Below are positions 25,595 to 34,134 of a stretch of DNA of 64,000 bases, piece by piece. Origin of the DNA: Burkholderiales bacterium (lineage in GTDB: Bacteria; Pseudomonadota; Gammaproteobacteria; Burkholderiales; SG8-39); NCBI GenBank assembly GCA_035554435.1, contig DATMJC010000040.1:42222-106221 (forward strand). The letters run 5' to 3'. The position numbers and the translations under genes were made by a program. The notes beneath the pieces are model-generated. The model searched no databases and was not told where the DNA came from. It was given only the letters and a program-made list of their open reading frames with translations. The number at the start of each line of letters is the position of its first letter. The first letter of the stretch is position 1.

Positions 25595-25634
25595 GGGCCC
25601 GCGCTGCCCCCCCATAAGCCGGGCCCTTTTTTTT
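25595..25634 (+). terminator. Rho-independent terminator
   Basis: GGGCCCG (25595-25601) pairs with CGGGCCC (25620-25626) and is followed by T8 (25627-25634). It sits 39 nt after the stop at 25556. Confidence 0.65.
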
Positions 25635-25668
25635 GCCTGCAGGAAATTCGACGAAACCTGAGCGTCGG

Positions 25669-26766
25669 TCAGCGCGAGGTCACGACTACCCTCAATAGGG
25701 CGCCACCGAGGAACGCTGCTGCCACCGTCGCGCCGAACAGACCCTTGCGCTGGAGTGCGTGGACCAGCACGTTTTGCGAGTCCCACGCTCGCCGCCGCTC
25801 GCCGAGCGGCGCGGTGCGGGGCGACACCGCAGGTGAAGCAGCCTTCGCGGGCGTCGTCGCTTCGCCGAGATTCGGCTTCTGCGGCTGCTCGCCGCGGCGC
25901 GATCCCCGCGCGTGCGCGTACACCCAGGTGAACTCGGCGCCGAGCAGGAAGATCTGCGCCGAATAGTAGACCCACACCATCACGATCACGATCGAGCCGA
26001 AGGCGCCGAAGCTCGAGCCCACGTCGCCCTTGCCGAGGTACAGCCCGATCAGGAACTTGCCGATGACGAAGAGCAGCGCCGTCACCAGAGCGCCCACCCA
26101 CACGTCGCGCCACTGGATGCTCGCGCGCGGCATCAGCTTGTAGATCGCGCCGAACACCACCGTCAGAACGCCGAAATTCACCACGATGTCCGAAAAGTGC
26201 GCGATGGCTTCCCATTGGCCGAAGAAGGGCCCCCACCATTTGCCCAGGGCGCTCAGCGCCGCACTGAGGAGAAGCGACACCGTCACGAGGAAGGCGAGGC
26301 CGAGCACCATGCCGAACGTGAGCAGGCGAGAACGCAGGAAGCTCCAGACGCCGTTCGCCTGTTCCTTGCGCTTCTGCGACTCGGGAACCCGCCAGATCGT
26401 GTCGAGCGCGGTTTGGAGCTGCCCGAAGACGCTGGAGGCGCTGAAGAGGAGCACTGCAATGCTCACTGCCGTCGTCATGGCCCCGGTCTTGGGCTCGCTC
26501 ACGTGCGCCAGCATCTCGCGGATGGCCTCCGCTCCGCTCTGCCCCATGAGCGCGGCGACCTGCTCGAACACCATGCCGCGCACGGCGTCGGGACCGACGA
26601 CGAGGCCCGCGATCGAAATGATCAGGTAGAGCAGCGGCGCGATCGAAAACATCGAGTAGTAGGCGAGCGCTGCTCCCTTGCTCGGGGCCTGGTCGTTCCA
26701 CCACGCGGTGAAAGCGTTCACCAGCATGCGCACGTACTTCTTTTGCAGCAGGCCCTTGGCGTTCAT
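25669..26766 (-). CDS. YihY/BrkB (virulence factor BrkB / former RNase BN) family membrane protein
   Basis: MNAKGLLQKKYVRMLVNAFTAWWNDQAPSKGAALAYYSMFSIAPLL... (366 aa) within the composite 25669..27834 ORF. ATGA overlap with the upstream gene at 26763-26766. Confidence 0.85.
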   Translation of the reverse strand: MNAKGLLQKKYVRMLVNAFTAWWNDQAPSKGAALAYYSMFSIAPLLYLIISIAGLVVGPDAVRGMVFEQVAALMGQSGAEAIREMLAHVSEPKTGAMTTAVSIAVLLFSASSVFGQLQTALDTIWRVPESQKRKEQANGVWSFLRSRLLTFGMVLGLAFLVTVSLLLSAALSALGKWWGPFFGQWEAIAHFSDIVVNFGVLTVVFGAIYKLMPRASIQWRDVWVGALVTALLFVIGKFLIGLYLGKGDVGSSFGAFGSIVIVMVWVYYSAQIFLLGAEFTWVYAHARGSRRGEQPQKPNLGEATTPAKAASPAVSPRTAPLGERRRAWDSQNVLVHALQRKGLFGATVAAAFLGGALLRVVVTSR

Positions 26767-27158
26767 GGCAGGTGCGGGTTCGCCGGCGTGGCCGTGGCGC
26801 CCTGCAGCAGCTCCAGGGCGCTCGCCGGCTGGTTGTAGAGCGGCAGCGCGCCGTGCTGGTTGAAGTGCAGCCGCAGCAGCTCGCCCGCCCAGCTTCTCGG
26901 CGTGATGGTGATTTCCCAGGTGAAGTGCGTGGCGTGGATGATGCCGCGGCGCTTGAGGCCGAGGAGCTCGCCAAGGGCGTCTGGCAGGAAAACGCTGCGC
27001 GCCGTGGCGCCGATGTACACGATGCGCCCCTCGTCCCACAGCCCGAACACCCCTTGGGTGCGCGGCGTGCCCCGGATCGATTCGGCGTCGAGCTTCCACT
27101 TCAGGCTGGTGATGAACATCGCTTGCTCTACGAGCGAGCAATCGCCATGCCGCAGCAC
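26763..27158 (-). CDS. stand-alone GIY-YIG nuclease-domain protein (UvrC N-terminal-like)
   Basis: GVFGLWDEGRIVYIGAT fits GIY-x9-YIG. It is followed by an Arg (ATARS) and later AGELLRLHFNQHGALPLYN, which fits E..LI....P.YN. No DNA-binding extension. The start could instead be the Met at 27119. Confidence 0.5.
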   Translation of the reverse strand: MLRHGDCSLVEQAMFITSLKWKLDAESIRGTPRTQGVFGLWDEGRIVYIGATARSVFLPDALGELLGLKRRGIIHATHFTWEITITPRSWAGELLRLHFNQHGALPLYNQPASALELLQGATATPANPHLP

Positions 27159-27218
27159 GGTCGGCGACAGGCCTACATCGGGTCAACTCCGCGCGACAGC
27201 CTTGACTCCGAACCTCGT

Positions 27219-28025
27219 TTAAACCGCGATCGGCGCCTTGATCGCCGGATACGGCTCGTAGCCCTCGAGCGTGAAGTCCTCGTAGCGGAAATCGGCGAGC
27301 TCGCCGGCCTGCGGGTTGAGGAGCATGCGCGGAAAGGGGCGCGGCGCTCGCGCGAGCTGCTCGCGCGCCTGGGCCACGTGGTTGAGATAGAGATGCGCGT
27401 CGCCCAGCGTGAGCACGAACTCGCCCGCCGCGAGCCCGGTAACCTGCGCCACCATGCGAGTGAGCAGGGCGTAGGAGGCGATGTTGAAGGGCACGCCCAG
27501 GAAGAGATCGGCGCTCCTCTGGTACATCTGGCACGAAAGCCGGCCGTCGGCGACATAGAACTGGAACAGCGCATGGCACGGCGGCAGCGCCATGCGCTCG
27601 ACGTCGGCGGGGTTCCAGGCGCTGACGATGTGGCGGCGCGAGTCGGGCTTCTTCCTCAGGGACTCGATGACCTTCGCGATCTGGTCTATTTCCCTGCCCT
27701 CGGGCGTGCGCCAGTGGCGCCACTGGTAGCCGTAGACCGGCCCGAGCTCCCCCGCAGCGTCGGCCCACTCGTCCCAGATCGTCACGCCACGCTCCTGCAG
27801 CCACTTCACGTTGGTGTCGCCGCGCAGGAACCACAGCAGCTCGTAGATGATGGATTTGAGATGCAGCTTCTTCGTCGTGAGCAGCGGGAAGGTCGGCTCG
27901 AGGCTGAAACGCAGCTGCCTGCCGAACACCGATCGCGTGCCGGTTCCGGTGCGGTCGCTCTTGCGCGCGCCGTGCTCGAGCACTTCGGCGAGCAGGTCGA
28001 GATACTGGCGCTCTTCCGGATTCAT
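27219..28025 (-). CDS. thyA: thymidylate synthase (ThyA, folate-dependent)
   Basis: [63 protein letters not shown]. Unmistakable ThyA. Confidence 0.97.
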   Translation of the reverse strand: MNPEERQYLDLLAEVLEHGARKSDRTGTGTRSVFGRQLRFSLEPTFPLLTTKKLHLKSIIYELLWFLRGDTNVKWLQERGVTIWDEWADAAGELGPVYGYQWRHWRTPEGREIDQIAKVIESLRKKPDSRRHIVSAWNPADVERMALPPCHALFQFYVADGRLSCQMYQRSADLFLGVPFNIASYALLTRMVAQVTGLAAGEFVLTLGDAHLYLNHVAQAREQLARAPRPFPRMLLNPQAGELADFRYEDFTLEGYEPYPAIKAPIAV

Positions 28026-28810
28026 CGCGAGATCAGGCGCGCCACAGCGTCGGCAGACTGGAATCGCGCCTCGGGTTTCTTGGCGAGCAGACCGTCGAGC
28101 AGGGCCTGGTGCTCGGCGAGGTGCGCGGGCAGCTTCGGCACCGGGGCGTTCACGTGCATGTTGACGACGCTGGCGGGGTTGGCGGAGTCATACAGGCGCA
28201 GGCCGGTCAGCATCTCGTAAAAGATCACCCCGAGACTGTACAGGTCGGAGCGGCCGTCGACCGGCAGGTTGAGGCACTGCTCCGGGCTCATGTAGCGCGG
28301 CGTCGCGAGGAGCTGGCCGGCGATTGTCAGGGTCGAGTGGGCGCCTAGATCCTTGGCGAGCCCGAAGTCGACGATCACCGGGCGGCCATCCGCGCGGAAC
28401 AGGATGTTGGCGGGCTTGAGGTCGCGGTGCACGATCCCGGCGGCGTGAATGGCCTCGAGCGCGTGCGCGATCTGCTCTACGAGCCGCAGCGTGTCGCGCA
28501 GCTCGAAGCCGTCGCGCATGCGCCCCGCCAGCGTGCCCGACGGCACGAATTCCATGGCGATGTAGGCGAGCTCGCCGCCGAAGTCCTGGTCGTAGATCTT
28601 GGCGACGTACGGATTGTCGATCGCCGCGAGCACCCGGTATTCGCGCTTGAGCCGCTCGAGGTAGACGCCGTCCTGGCGCGCGCGGCGGTCGAGGACCTTG
28701 AGCGCGACGGTGACGCCGTCGGCGGCGCGCTCGGCGAGATAGACCATCGCCTGGCCACCCTGCCCGATCGGATGCAGCACCCGGTAGCCCGGGATGCTCG
28801 GCTGCGCCAT
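28022..28810 (-). CDS. Ser/Thr protein kinase, catalytic domain only (263 aa)
   Basis: Trimmed to [24 protein letters not shown] (Gly loop). VALKVL (Lys), [23 protein letters not shown]. The stop overlaps the thyA start (ATGA, 28022-28025). Confidence 0.85.
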   Translation of the reverse strand: MAQPSIPGYRVLHPIGQGGQAMVYLAERAADGVTVALKVLDRRARQDGVYLERLKREYRVLAAIDNPYVAKIYDQDFGGELAYIAMEFVPSGTLAGRMRDGFELRDTLRLVEQIAHALEAIHAAGIVHRDLKPANILFRADGRPVIVDFGLAKDLGAHSTLTIAGQLLATPRYMSPEQCLNLPVDGRSDLYSLGVIFYEMLTGLRLYDSANPASVVNMHVNAPVPKLPAHLAEHQALLDGLLAKKPEARFQSADAVARLISR

Positions 28811-28827
28811 CGCGCGATTTTGCTCCC

Positions 28828-29466
28828 TTACAGGATCTTCCGCAGGAACGCCGAAATGTCGGCGATTTCCTCCGGGCAGACGGAATGCGGCATCGGATAG
28901 GTCTGCCATTGCACCTTGTACCCCAGCCGCTCGAGGAGCTGCCTCGACTGCTCGGCGCGCTGGAGCGGGATGATGTCGTCGTACTGCCCGTGCGCCATGA
29001 AGATGGGCACGTCCCGGTTCGCCGCGCTGCCTTCGGCTTCGAGCGTTCGGTGCAACGGAAGGTAGGTCGACAGCGCGAGCACGCCGGCGAGGCGCTCGCC
29101 GTGGCGCAGAGCGGTCTGCAGCACGATCGCCCCGCCCTGGGAGAATCCGGCAAGCACGATGCTTCCGGCGCCGCGCGCCCTTTCGGCGGCGATCAGCGTC
29201 TCGAGGAGCTTCTGCGAGGCGCGCACGCCGGCCTCGTCCTCGGGCCCCGGGCCGAACTGCAGGATGTCGTACCAGGCGCGCATGCGCATGCCCTGGTTGA
29301 TCGTGACCGGGCGCACCGGCGCGTGGGGGAAGACGAAGCGCACCGGCTGGTCGAGCTCGAGCTCGGAAACGATCGGCTCGAAGTCGTGGCCGTCGGCGCC
29401 GAGGCCGTGCAGCCAGATGACGCTGGCTAGTGGATTCGCTCCGGTATTGATTTCGACCGCTTCCAT
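28828..29466 (-). CDS. alpha/beta hydrolase, phospholipase/carboxylesterase family
   Basis: Trimmed to MEAVEINTGANPLASVIWLHGLGADGHDF. Nucleophile elbow GFSQGG; HGQYDDIIP; MPHSV. Confidence 0.85.
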   Translation of the reverse strand: MEAVEINTGANPLASVIWLHGLGADGHDFEPIVSELELDQPVRFVFPHAPVRPVTINQGMRMRAWYDILQFGPGPEDEAGVRASQKLLETLIAAERARGAGSIVLAGFSQGGAIVLQTALRHGERLAGVLALSTYLPLHRTLEAEGSAANRDVPIFMAHGQYDDIIPLQRAEQSRQLLERLGYKVQWQTYPMPHSVCPEEIADISAFLRKIL

Positions 29467-29476
29467 GGGGTTCACT

Positions 29477-29911
29477 ATGAACGAAGTGGAACAAACCGCT
29501 ATTTTCCTACCAATGGCCGCGCTCGCCGCGTGGACGTTCGCGGTGCTGTTGGTCATCCCGCTCGCCCGGTTCCGCGCTGGGGCACGGGGCGAGGTCAACG
29601 TCGGCGATTTCCGCTACGGCGAGTCCGCGCGCGTGCCAGGCCCGGTATCGCTGCCGAACCGCAACTTCATGAACCTGCTCGAGCTGCCGATGCTCTTCTA
29701 CGTGGTCTGCATCGCGCTCTACGTCACCCTCAGCGTCGACGCCTATGCGCTCGCCCTGGCATGGCTCTACTTCGCGTTGCGCGTGGGCCACAGCCTCGTG
29801 CATCTCACCTACAACAACGTGTTCCATCGACTGGGGGTCTACGCCGCGAGCGGCGTGGTGCTCGCCCTGCTGTGGCTGCGTTTCGCCGCCGGCCTCTTCA
29901 GAGACGGTTGA
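29477..29911 (+). CDS. MAPEG family membrane protein
   Basis: Trimmed to MNEVEQTAIFLPMAALAAW.... NRNFMNLLELPMLFY and LRVGHSLVHL match the MAPEG pattern. 4 TM helices. Confidence 0.6.
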   Translation: MNEVEQTAIFLPMAALAAWTFAVLLVIPLARFRAGARGEVNVGDFRYGESARVPGPVSLPNRNFMNLLELPMLFYVVCIALYVTLSVDAYALALAWLYFALRVGHSLVHLTYNNVFHRLGVYAASGVVLALLWLRFAAGLFRDG

Positions 29912-30938
29912 ACCAGAGGAGCGAGAAGCCGCCCGCCGCGAGCGCGAGCAGGGCCGCCAACGCGGCGGCGAGCGCGGTGACCTCGCGCTCTTCCTTCGCG
30001 AGCACGAACTTGCCGCTCAGCGCCTGGTAGACCTTCTTCAGCTCGTCCGAGCTCGCGGCGTGGAAATAGTCAGCCTCGGTGAGCTCCGCGATCGCCTTGA
30101 GCGTGGCCTCGTCGAAAGCCATGTAGATGGAGTAGCCGTCCATCATCGCCGGGCCGCCCGCGGGCGAGCCGAAGCCGACGGTGAACACGCGGATGCCGTG
30201 GTCGGCGGCCATGCGCGCCGCTTCCAGCGGATCCGGGCCAGTGGTGCGCCGCCCGTCGGTGAGGAGCACGATCGCCGAAGAGGTGTTGGAGCCCGGCGGT
30301 ACCGGCTTCAGCTCCTTCTTCTCGACCTTCTTCTCCGCAGGCCGGTTCGTGCGCCAGGACTGGCGGCTGCCGAGCACCATCGACTCGAGGTCGATTCCCT
30401 CGTCGGGGAACAGGGTCGCGAGCGACATCACGATGCCGCTGCCGATCGCGGTGTGGCGGTCGAGCTGTAGTCGCTCGAGCGCCGCGATGAGGTCGTCCTT
30501 GTTGTTCGTGGGCTTCTGGATCAGGAGCGCGGTGCCGGCGAACGACACGATGCCTACGCGCAGGTCGGACGGCAGCTCCTCGATGAAGGACTTCGCGGCC
30601 GCTTGCGCCGCGGCGAGGCGATTGGGCTGCACGTCGGTGGCACGCATGCTGAGCGAAACGTCGATCGCCATGATGATGGTGCGCTGCTGCGAGGGCAGGG
30701 TGATGACCGCGCTCGGCCGCGCGAGCGCGAAAATCGCCGCGGCGAGCGCTGCGAGCAGCAGCGCCGCGGGCAGGTGGCGCCGCCAGCGCGCCGAGCCGGG
30801 CATGGCCGCGCGCGCCAGCGCGAGGCTCGCGAAGCGCACGGCGCGGCGTTGATGCCGCCGCAGGATGTACAGATACAGGGCGATCAGCACCGGAAGCAGC
30901 GCCAGGAGCAGCAGGAGCTCCATCCAGATGAAGTTCAT
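29898..30938 (-). CDS. VWA domain-containing membrane protein (BatA-like)
   Basis: Trimmed to MNFIWMELLLLLALLPVLIALYLYILRR. MIDAS-like IIMAIDVSLSM...TAIG...LLTDG. C-terminal TM helix. Confidence 0.8.
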   Translation of the reverse strand: MNFIWMELLLLLALLPVLIALYLYILRRHQRRAVRFASLALARAAMPGSARWRRHLPAALLLAALAAAIFALARPSAVITLPSQQRTIIMAIDVSLSMRATDVQPNRLAAAQAAAKSFIEELPSDLRVGIVSFAGTALLIQKPTNNKDDLIAALERLQLDRHTAIGSGIVMSLATLFPDEGIDLESMVLGSRQSWRTNRPAEKKVEKKELKPVPPGSNTSSAIVLLTDGRRTTGPDPLEAARMAADHGIRVFTVGFGSPAGGPAMMDGYSIYMAFDEATLKAIAELTEADYFHAASSDELKKVYQALSGKFVLAKEEREVTALAAALAALLALAAGGFSLLWFNRL

Positions 30939-31513
30939 GCCGGCTTTCTCTGGGCGGACTTCGGCCTGAACGCCTTCACGACCGATTCGTGCGTCTCGAT
31001 GTACGGGCCGCCGATGAGGTCGACGCAGTACGGCACCGCGGAGAAGATGCCGTGTACGCCCGCGTCTTTCAGGCCTTCCAGCGTCTCGCGGATCGACTTG
31101 GGCTGGCCCGGCAGGTTGATGATCAGCGCGCGCCCGCGGATCACCGCCACCTGGCGCGAAAGGATCGCGGTCGGAACGAATTTCAGGCTGATCTGGCGCA
31201 TCTGCTCGCCAAACCCGGGCATGACCTTGTCGGCGACCGCGAGCGTCGCTTCCGGCGTCATGTCGCGCGGCGCGGGCCCGGTGCCGCCGGTGGTGAGCAC
31301 GAGATGGCAGCCCGCGCGGTCGACCAGCTCCTTCAGGGTCGCCTCGATCAGCGGCTGCTCGTCGGCAATGAGGCGGGTCTCGTCGCGCCATGCAGGCGCG
31401 GCGATCGCCGAGCCGAGCCAGGCCTTCAGCGCTGGAATGCCTTCGTCCTTGTACACACCGGCAGAGGCGCGGTCGCTCACCGAAACGAGGCCTACGATCA
31501 GCTCTTCCTTCAT
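30935..31513 (-). CDS. mog: molybdopterin adenylyltransferase MogA (MoaB/Mog family)
   Basis: VGLVSVSDRAS.GVY.D.GIPAL, LVLTTGGTGPAPRDMTPEAT, PGFGEQMR, LPGQPKSI. ATGA overlaps at both ends. Confidence 0.85.
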   Translation of the reverse strand: MKEELIVGLVSVSDRASAGVYKDEGIPALKAWLGSAIAAPAWRDETRLIADEQPLIEATLKELVDRAGCHLVLTTGGTGPAPRDMTPEATLAVADKVMPGFGEQMRQISLKFVPTAILSRQVAVIRGRALIINLPGQPKSIRETLEGLKDAGVHGIFSAVPYCVDLIGGPYIETHESVVKAFRPKSAQRKPA

Positions 31514-31959
31514 AGGACCTCGAACACCTCCAGCTCCACCGCAGTGGGGCGGCGCGCGCCGCTCGCCACGCAGACGATGCGGTTCAGCCAGGCGTAACGC
31601 TCGTCGCCCGTCTCGAAGAGCGGCGTGGTGCGCATGTAGTATTGGGCCGGGTCCATATTTTCCCCCGCCGCGAGGCGCTTGAGGACCTCCGCGGGACCGT
31701 GACGGTAGCCGCGGTTGCGTACGTAGACGAGCGCTCCGTCCGCCGTCTCGAGGGTGTAGCGCGCGTCCAGATCGGCGACCCCGTCGGCGCGAATCACCTG
31801 CCAGTCGGCGCCGCCCGGAAGCACCCGGCCCGAGAGGCGTTCGCCGAAGAAACGCCCCCCGGTGATGGCGATGATGCGCCTGCGCCCGAGCGGCCCGGCG
31901 CCCAGCTCCTGCGCCGGCGCAAGCTCGATGTCAGCCTTGAAGAGAGCCTGCAGTTTCAA
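31510..31959 (-). CDS. DUF3237 family protein
   Basis: GGRFFGERLSGRVLPGGADWQVIRADGVADLDARYTLETADGALVYVRNRG matches the DUF3237 beta-barrel pattern. Confidence 0.6.
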   Translation of the reverse strand: MKLQALFKADIELAPAQELGAGPLGRRRIIAITGGRFFGERLSGRVLPGGADWQVIRADGVADLDARYTLETADGALVYVRNRGYRHGPAEVLKRLAAGENMDPAQYYMRTTPLFETGDERYAWLNRIVCVASGARRPTAVELEVFEVL

Positions 31960-32440
31960 GGGTTTTCAGCACCCTGAAGAGCTCGCGGTAGGCGCGTGGC
32001 GGCTTGCCTTCCTTCTGCTCCTTCCGCGCGTTGCGGATGAGCGAGCGGATTTCCTGCAGGTCGGCGCGGGGATGCTCGGAGGCGAAATGCGTAAGCGCGG
32101 CATCGTCCGCGAGCAGGCGCTCCCGCCACGCCTCCAGCCGCCGGTGCGCGGCCGCGGCCTGCGACGAGCGGCCTTCGACCGCGGCGAGCCGCGCCCGGAT
32201 CGGCTCGGGATCGACCTCGCGCATCAGCCTGCCGATGTACTGCAGCTGGCGGCGCTTCGCCTCGTGGCTCGTGATGCGCTTCGCGTCGAGCACCGCCTGC
32301 CTCAGCGCGGCTTCGAGCTGGATCTGGTCGAGCTGCGATTCGGGCAGCCCGACCAGCGCTGCGCCGAGCGACTGCAGCTCGGTCATTTCGCGCTTCCTGC
32401 GGGTCTTGCTGACGGGTTCGTCTGGCACGCGAGTTATCAT
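31931..32440 (-). CDS. yjgA: ribosome-associated protein YjgA (DUF615 / DarP)
   Basis: SKTRRKREMTELQSLGAALVGLP..QLD...L...LR.A......I.SHEA.RRQLQYIGRLMR. It is divergent from pmbA with a 9-bp gap, the same arrangement as in E. coli. Confidence 0.8.
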   Translation of the reverse strand: MITRVPDEPVSKTRRKREMTELQSLGAALVGLPESQLDQIQLEAALRQAVLDAKRITSHEAKRRQLQYIGRLMREVDPEPIRARLAAVEGRSSQAAAAHRRLEAWRERLLADDAALTHFASEHPRADLQEIRSLIRNARKEQKEGKPPRAYRELFRVLKTLETAGSLQG

Positions 32441-32449
32441 AGCGCCCCC

Positions 32450-33805
32450 ATGCCGAAGCACCACGGCTTCACCTGCGAGCCCGGCGAACTGGAGAGCCTC
32501 GCGCAGGCGGTGCTAGACCAGGCGCGGCGCGCAGGCGCCTCCGGCTGCGATTGCGACGTGTCGGAGAGCTACGGCCTGTCGGTGACGGTGCGCAAGGGCA
32601 AGCCCGACACCGTCGAGCACAACCGCGACCGCAGCCTCGGCGTCTCGGTCTACTGGGGCGCGCGCCCTAAGGCGCGCCGCGGCCACGCCAGCACCTCCGA
32701 TTTCTCGCCCGCGGCCGTCAGCCAGACGGTCGAGGCGGCGGTCGCGATTGCGCGCCACACGGCCGAAGACGACTGCGCGGGCCTGCCCGACCCGGACATG
32801 CTCGCGCGCGGCGCCGCCGACATGGACTTGTTCCACCCGTGGGCGTTGTCCACCGAGGAGGCGATCGACCTCGCCACGCGCTGCGAGTCGGCGGCGTTCG
32901 CGGTGTCGAAGAAAATCCGCAACTCGGAAGGGGCGAGCGTCTCGGCGCAGCATTCCCAATTCGTGACCGCGAACAGCCTGGGATTCGTCGGCGGCTATCC
33001 CGGCTCGCGGCACTGGCTGTCGTGCTCGGTGATCGCCGAAGACAAGGGGCTGATGCAGCGCGACGACTGGTACAGCGCATCGCGCAGCCCGGAACAGCTT
33101 GCCGATCCCGTGGTGCTCGGCCGCTACGCCGGCCAGCGCACGCTCGCCCGCCTGGGGGCGCGCAAGATTCCCACCGGCAAGGCGCCGGTGCTGTTCGAGG
33201 CGCCGGTGGCACTCCAGCTCATCGGCCACTTCATCTCCGCGGTGAATGGCGGCAATCTCTATCGCAAGACCTCGTTCCTGGCGGAGAGTCTCGGTCAGAA
33301 GCTGTTCTCGCCGCTCGTAGATATCGAGGAGCGCCCGCACGTGCCCGGGGCGATGGCGAGCGCTCCCTTCGACGAGGAAGGCGTGGCGACGCGCGATCGC
33401 ACCATCGTGCGCGCCGGGGTGATCGAGGGCTATTTTCTCGGCACCTACTCGGCGCGCAAGCTCGGCATGAAGAGTACCGGCAACGCCGGCGGCCACCACA
33501 ACCTCTTCGTGCGTTCGAAAGGGCCCGATTTCGCAGGAATGCTCAAGCAGATGCGCAAAGGGTTGCTGGTGACCGAGCTGATGGGGCAGGGCGTCAACCT
33601 CGTCACCGGCGACTATTCGCGCGGCGCGGCCGGCTACTGGGTCGAGAACGGCGAGATCCGCTTCCCGGTGGAGGAGATCACCATCGCCGGCAACCTGCGC
33701 CAGATGTTCGGCGCGATCGTCGCCATCGGGAGCGACGTCGTGACGCGCAGCGGGCGCTCTTGCGGCTCGATCCTGGTCGAGAGCATGACCATCGCGGGGG
33801 ATTAG
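32450..33805 (+). CDS. pmbA: metalloprotease PmbA (TldE)
   Basis: Trimmed from the composite 31862..33805 ORF to MPKHHGFTCEPGELESLAQAVLD.... PFDEEGV, GNAGGHHNL, GVNLVTGDYSRGAAGYWVENGEI. Confidence 0.9.
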   Translation: MPKHHGFTCEPGELESLAQAVLDQARRAGASGCDCDVSESYGLSVTVRKGKPDTVEHNRDRSLGVSVYWGARPKARRGHASTSDFSPAAVSQTVEAAVAIARHTAEDDCAGLPDPDMLARGAADMDLFHPWALSTEEAIDLATRCESAAFAVSKKIRNSEGASVSAQHSQFVTANSLGFVGGYPGSRHWLSCSVIAEDKGLMQRDDWYSASRSPEQLADPVVLGRYAGQRTLARLGARKIPTGKAPVLFEAPVALQLIGHFISAVNGGNLYRKTSFLAESLGQKLFSPLVDIEERPHVPGAMASAPFDEEGVATRDRTIVRAGVIEGYFLGTYSARKLGMKSTGNAGGHHNLFVRSKGPDFAGMLKQMRKGLLVTELMGQGVNLVTGDYSRGAAGYWVENGEIRFPVEEITIAGNLRQMFGAIVAIGSDVVTRSGRSCGSILVESMTIAGD

Positions 33806-33855
33806 AACCAGAGCGTCGTCGGCTGGCAACGAACCAACCATGGGCGTACTGTCTA

Positions 33856-34113
33856 ATGTCCATGGTCGCCTGCACGCAAGAGGATTTCCCGCAGCCGCCC
33901 AAAGACGAGCATCCGATCGTCGCGATCCTTGCGGTCGTCGCCATCGTCGCCGCCATCGTGTTGATTATGTGGGCACGGGTCGCGCTCCACGGCACCGAGG
34001 ACATCGAGGCGACGCTCACCGACGGCCCGCTCGCGCAGGGCACCGACGAGCAACGCGAGCTCGACGCCGCAGTCACGTCGAACCGGTTCGCGGGCGGCAT
34101 CTCCCCGCAATAA
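33856..34113 (+). CDS. 85-aa single-pass membrane protein, family unknown
   Basis: This is the tail of the 32839..34113 frame: MSMVACTQEDFPQPPKDEHPIVAILAVVAIVAAIVLIMWARV.... It has high G/C at codon position 3, unlike the Arg-rich 33840..34127 frame. Confidence 0.4.
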   Translation: MSMVACTQEDFPQPPKDEHPIVAILAVVAIVAAIVLIMWARVALHGTEDIEATLTDGPLAQGTDEQRELDAAVTSNRFAGGISPQ

Positions 34114-34134
34114 ACCCTCAGGCATAATTTCCGC

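Noticed and set aside
26763-27158. The 131-aa gene after thyA as a divergent dihydrofolate reductase
   Set aside because: It has no resemblance to the FolA pattern (no nucleotide-binding GxGxxG-like segment, no conserved N-terminal Asp/Trp context). It fits GIY-YIG motifs instead.
32423-32438. TGGCACG-CGAG-TTATC upstream of pmbA as a sigma-54 promoter
   Set aside because: The invariant GC of the -12 element is replaced by AT. This is most likely a chance match inside the yjgA coding region.
33840-34127. 95-aa ORF MGVLSNVHGRLHARGF...
   Set aside because: It is an Arg/His-rich product with non-coding-like composition. The overlapping frame starting at 33856 has better codon bias and a clear TM helix.
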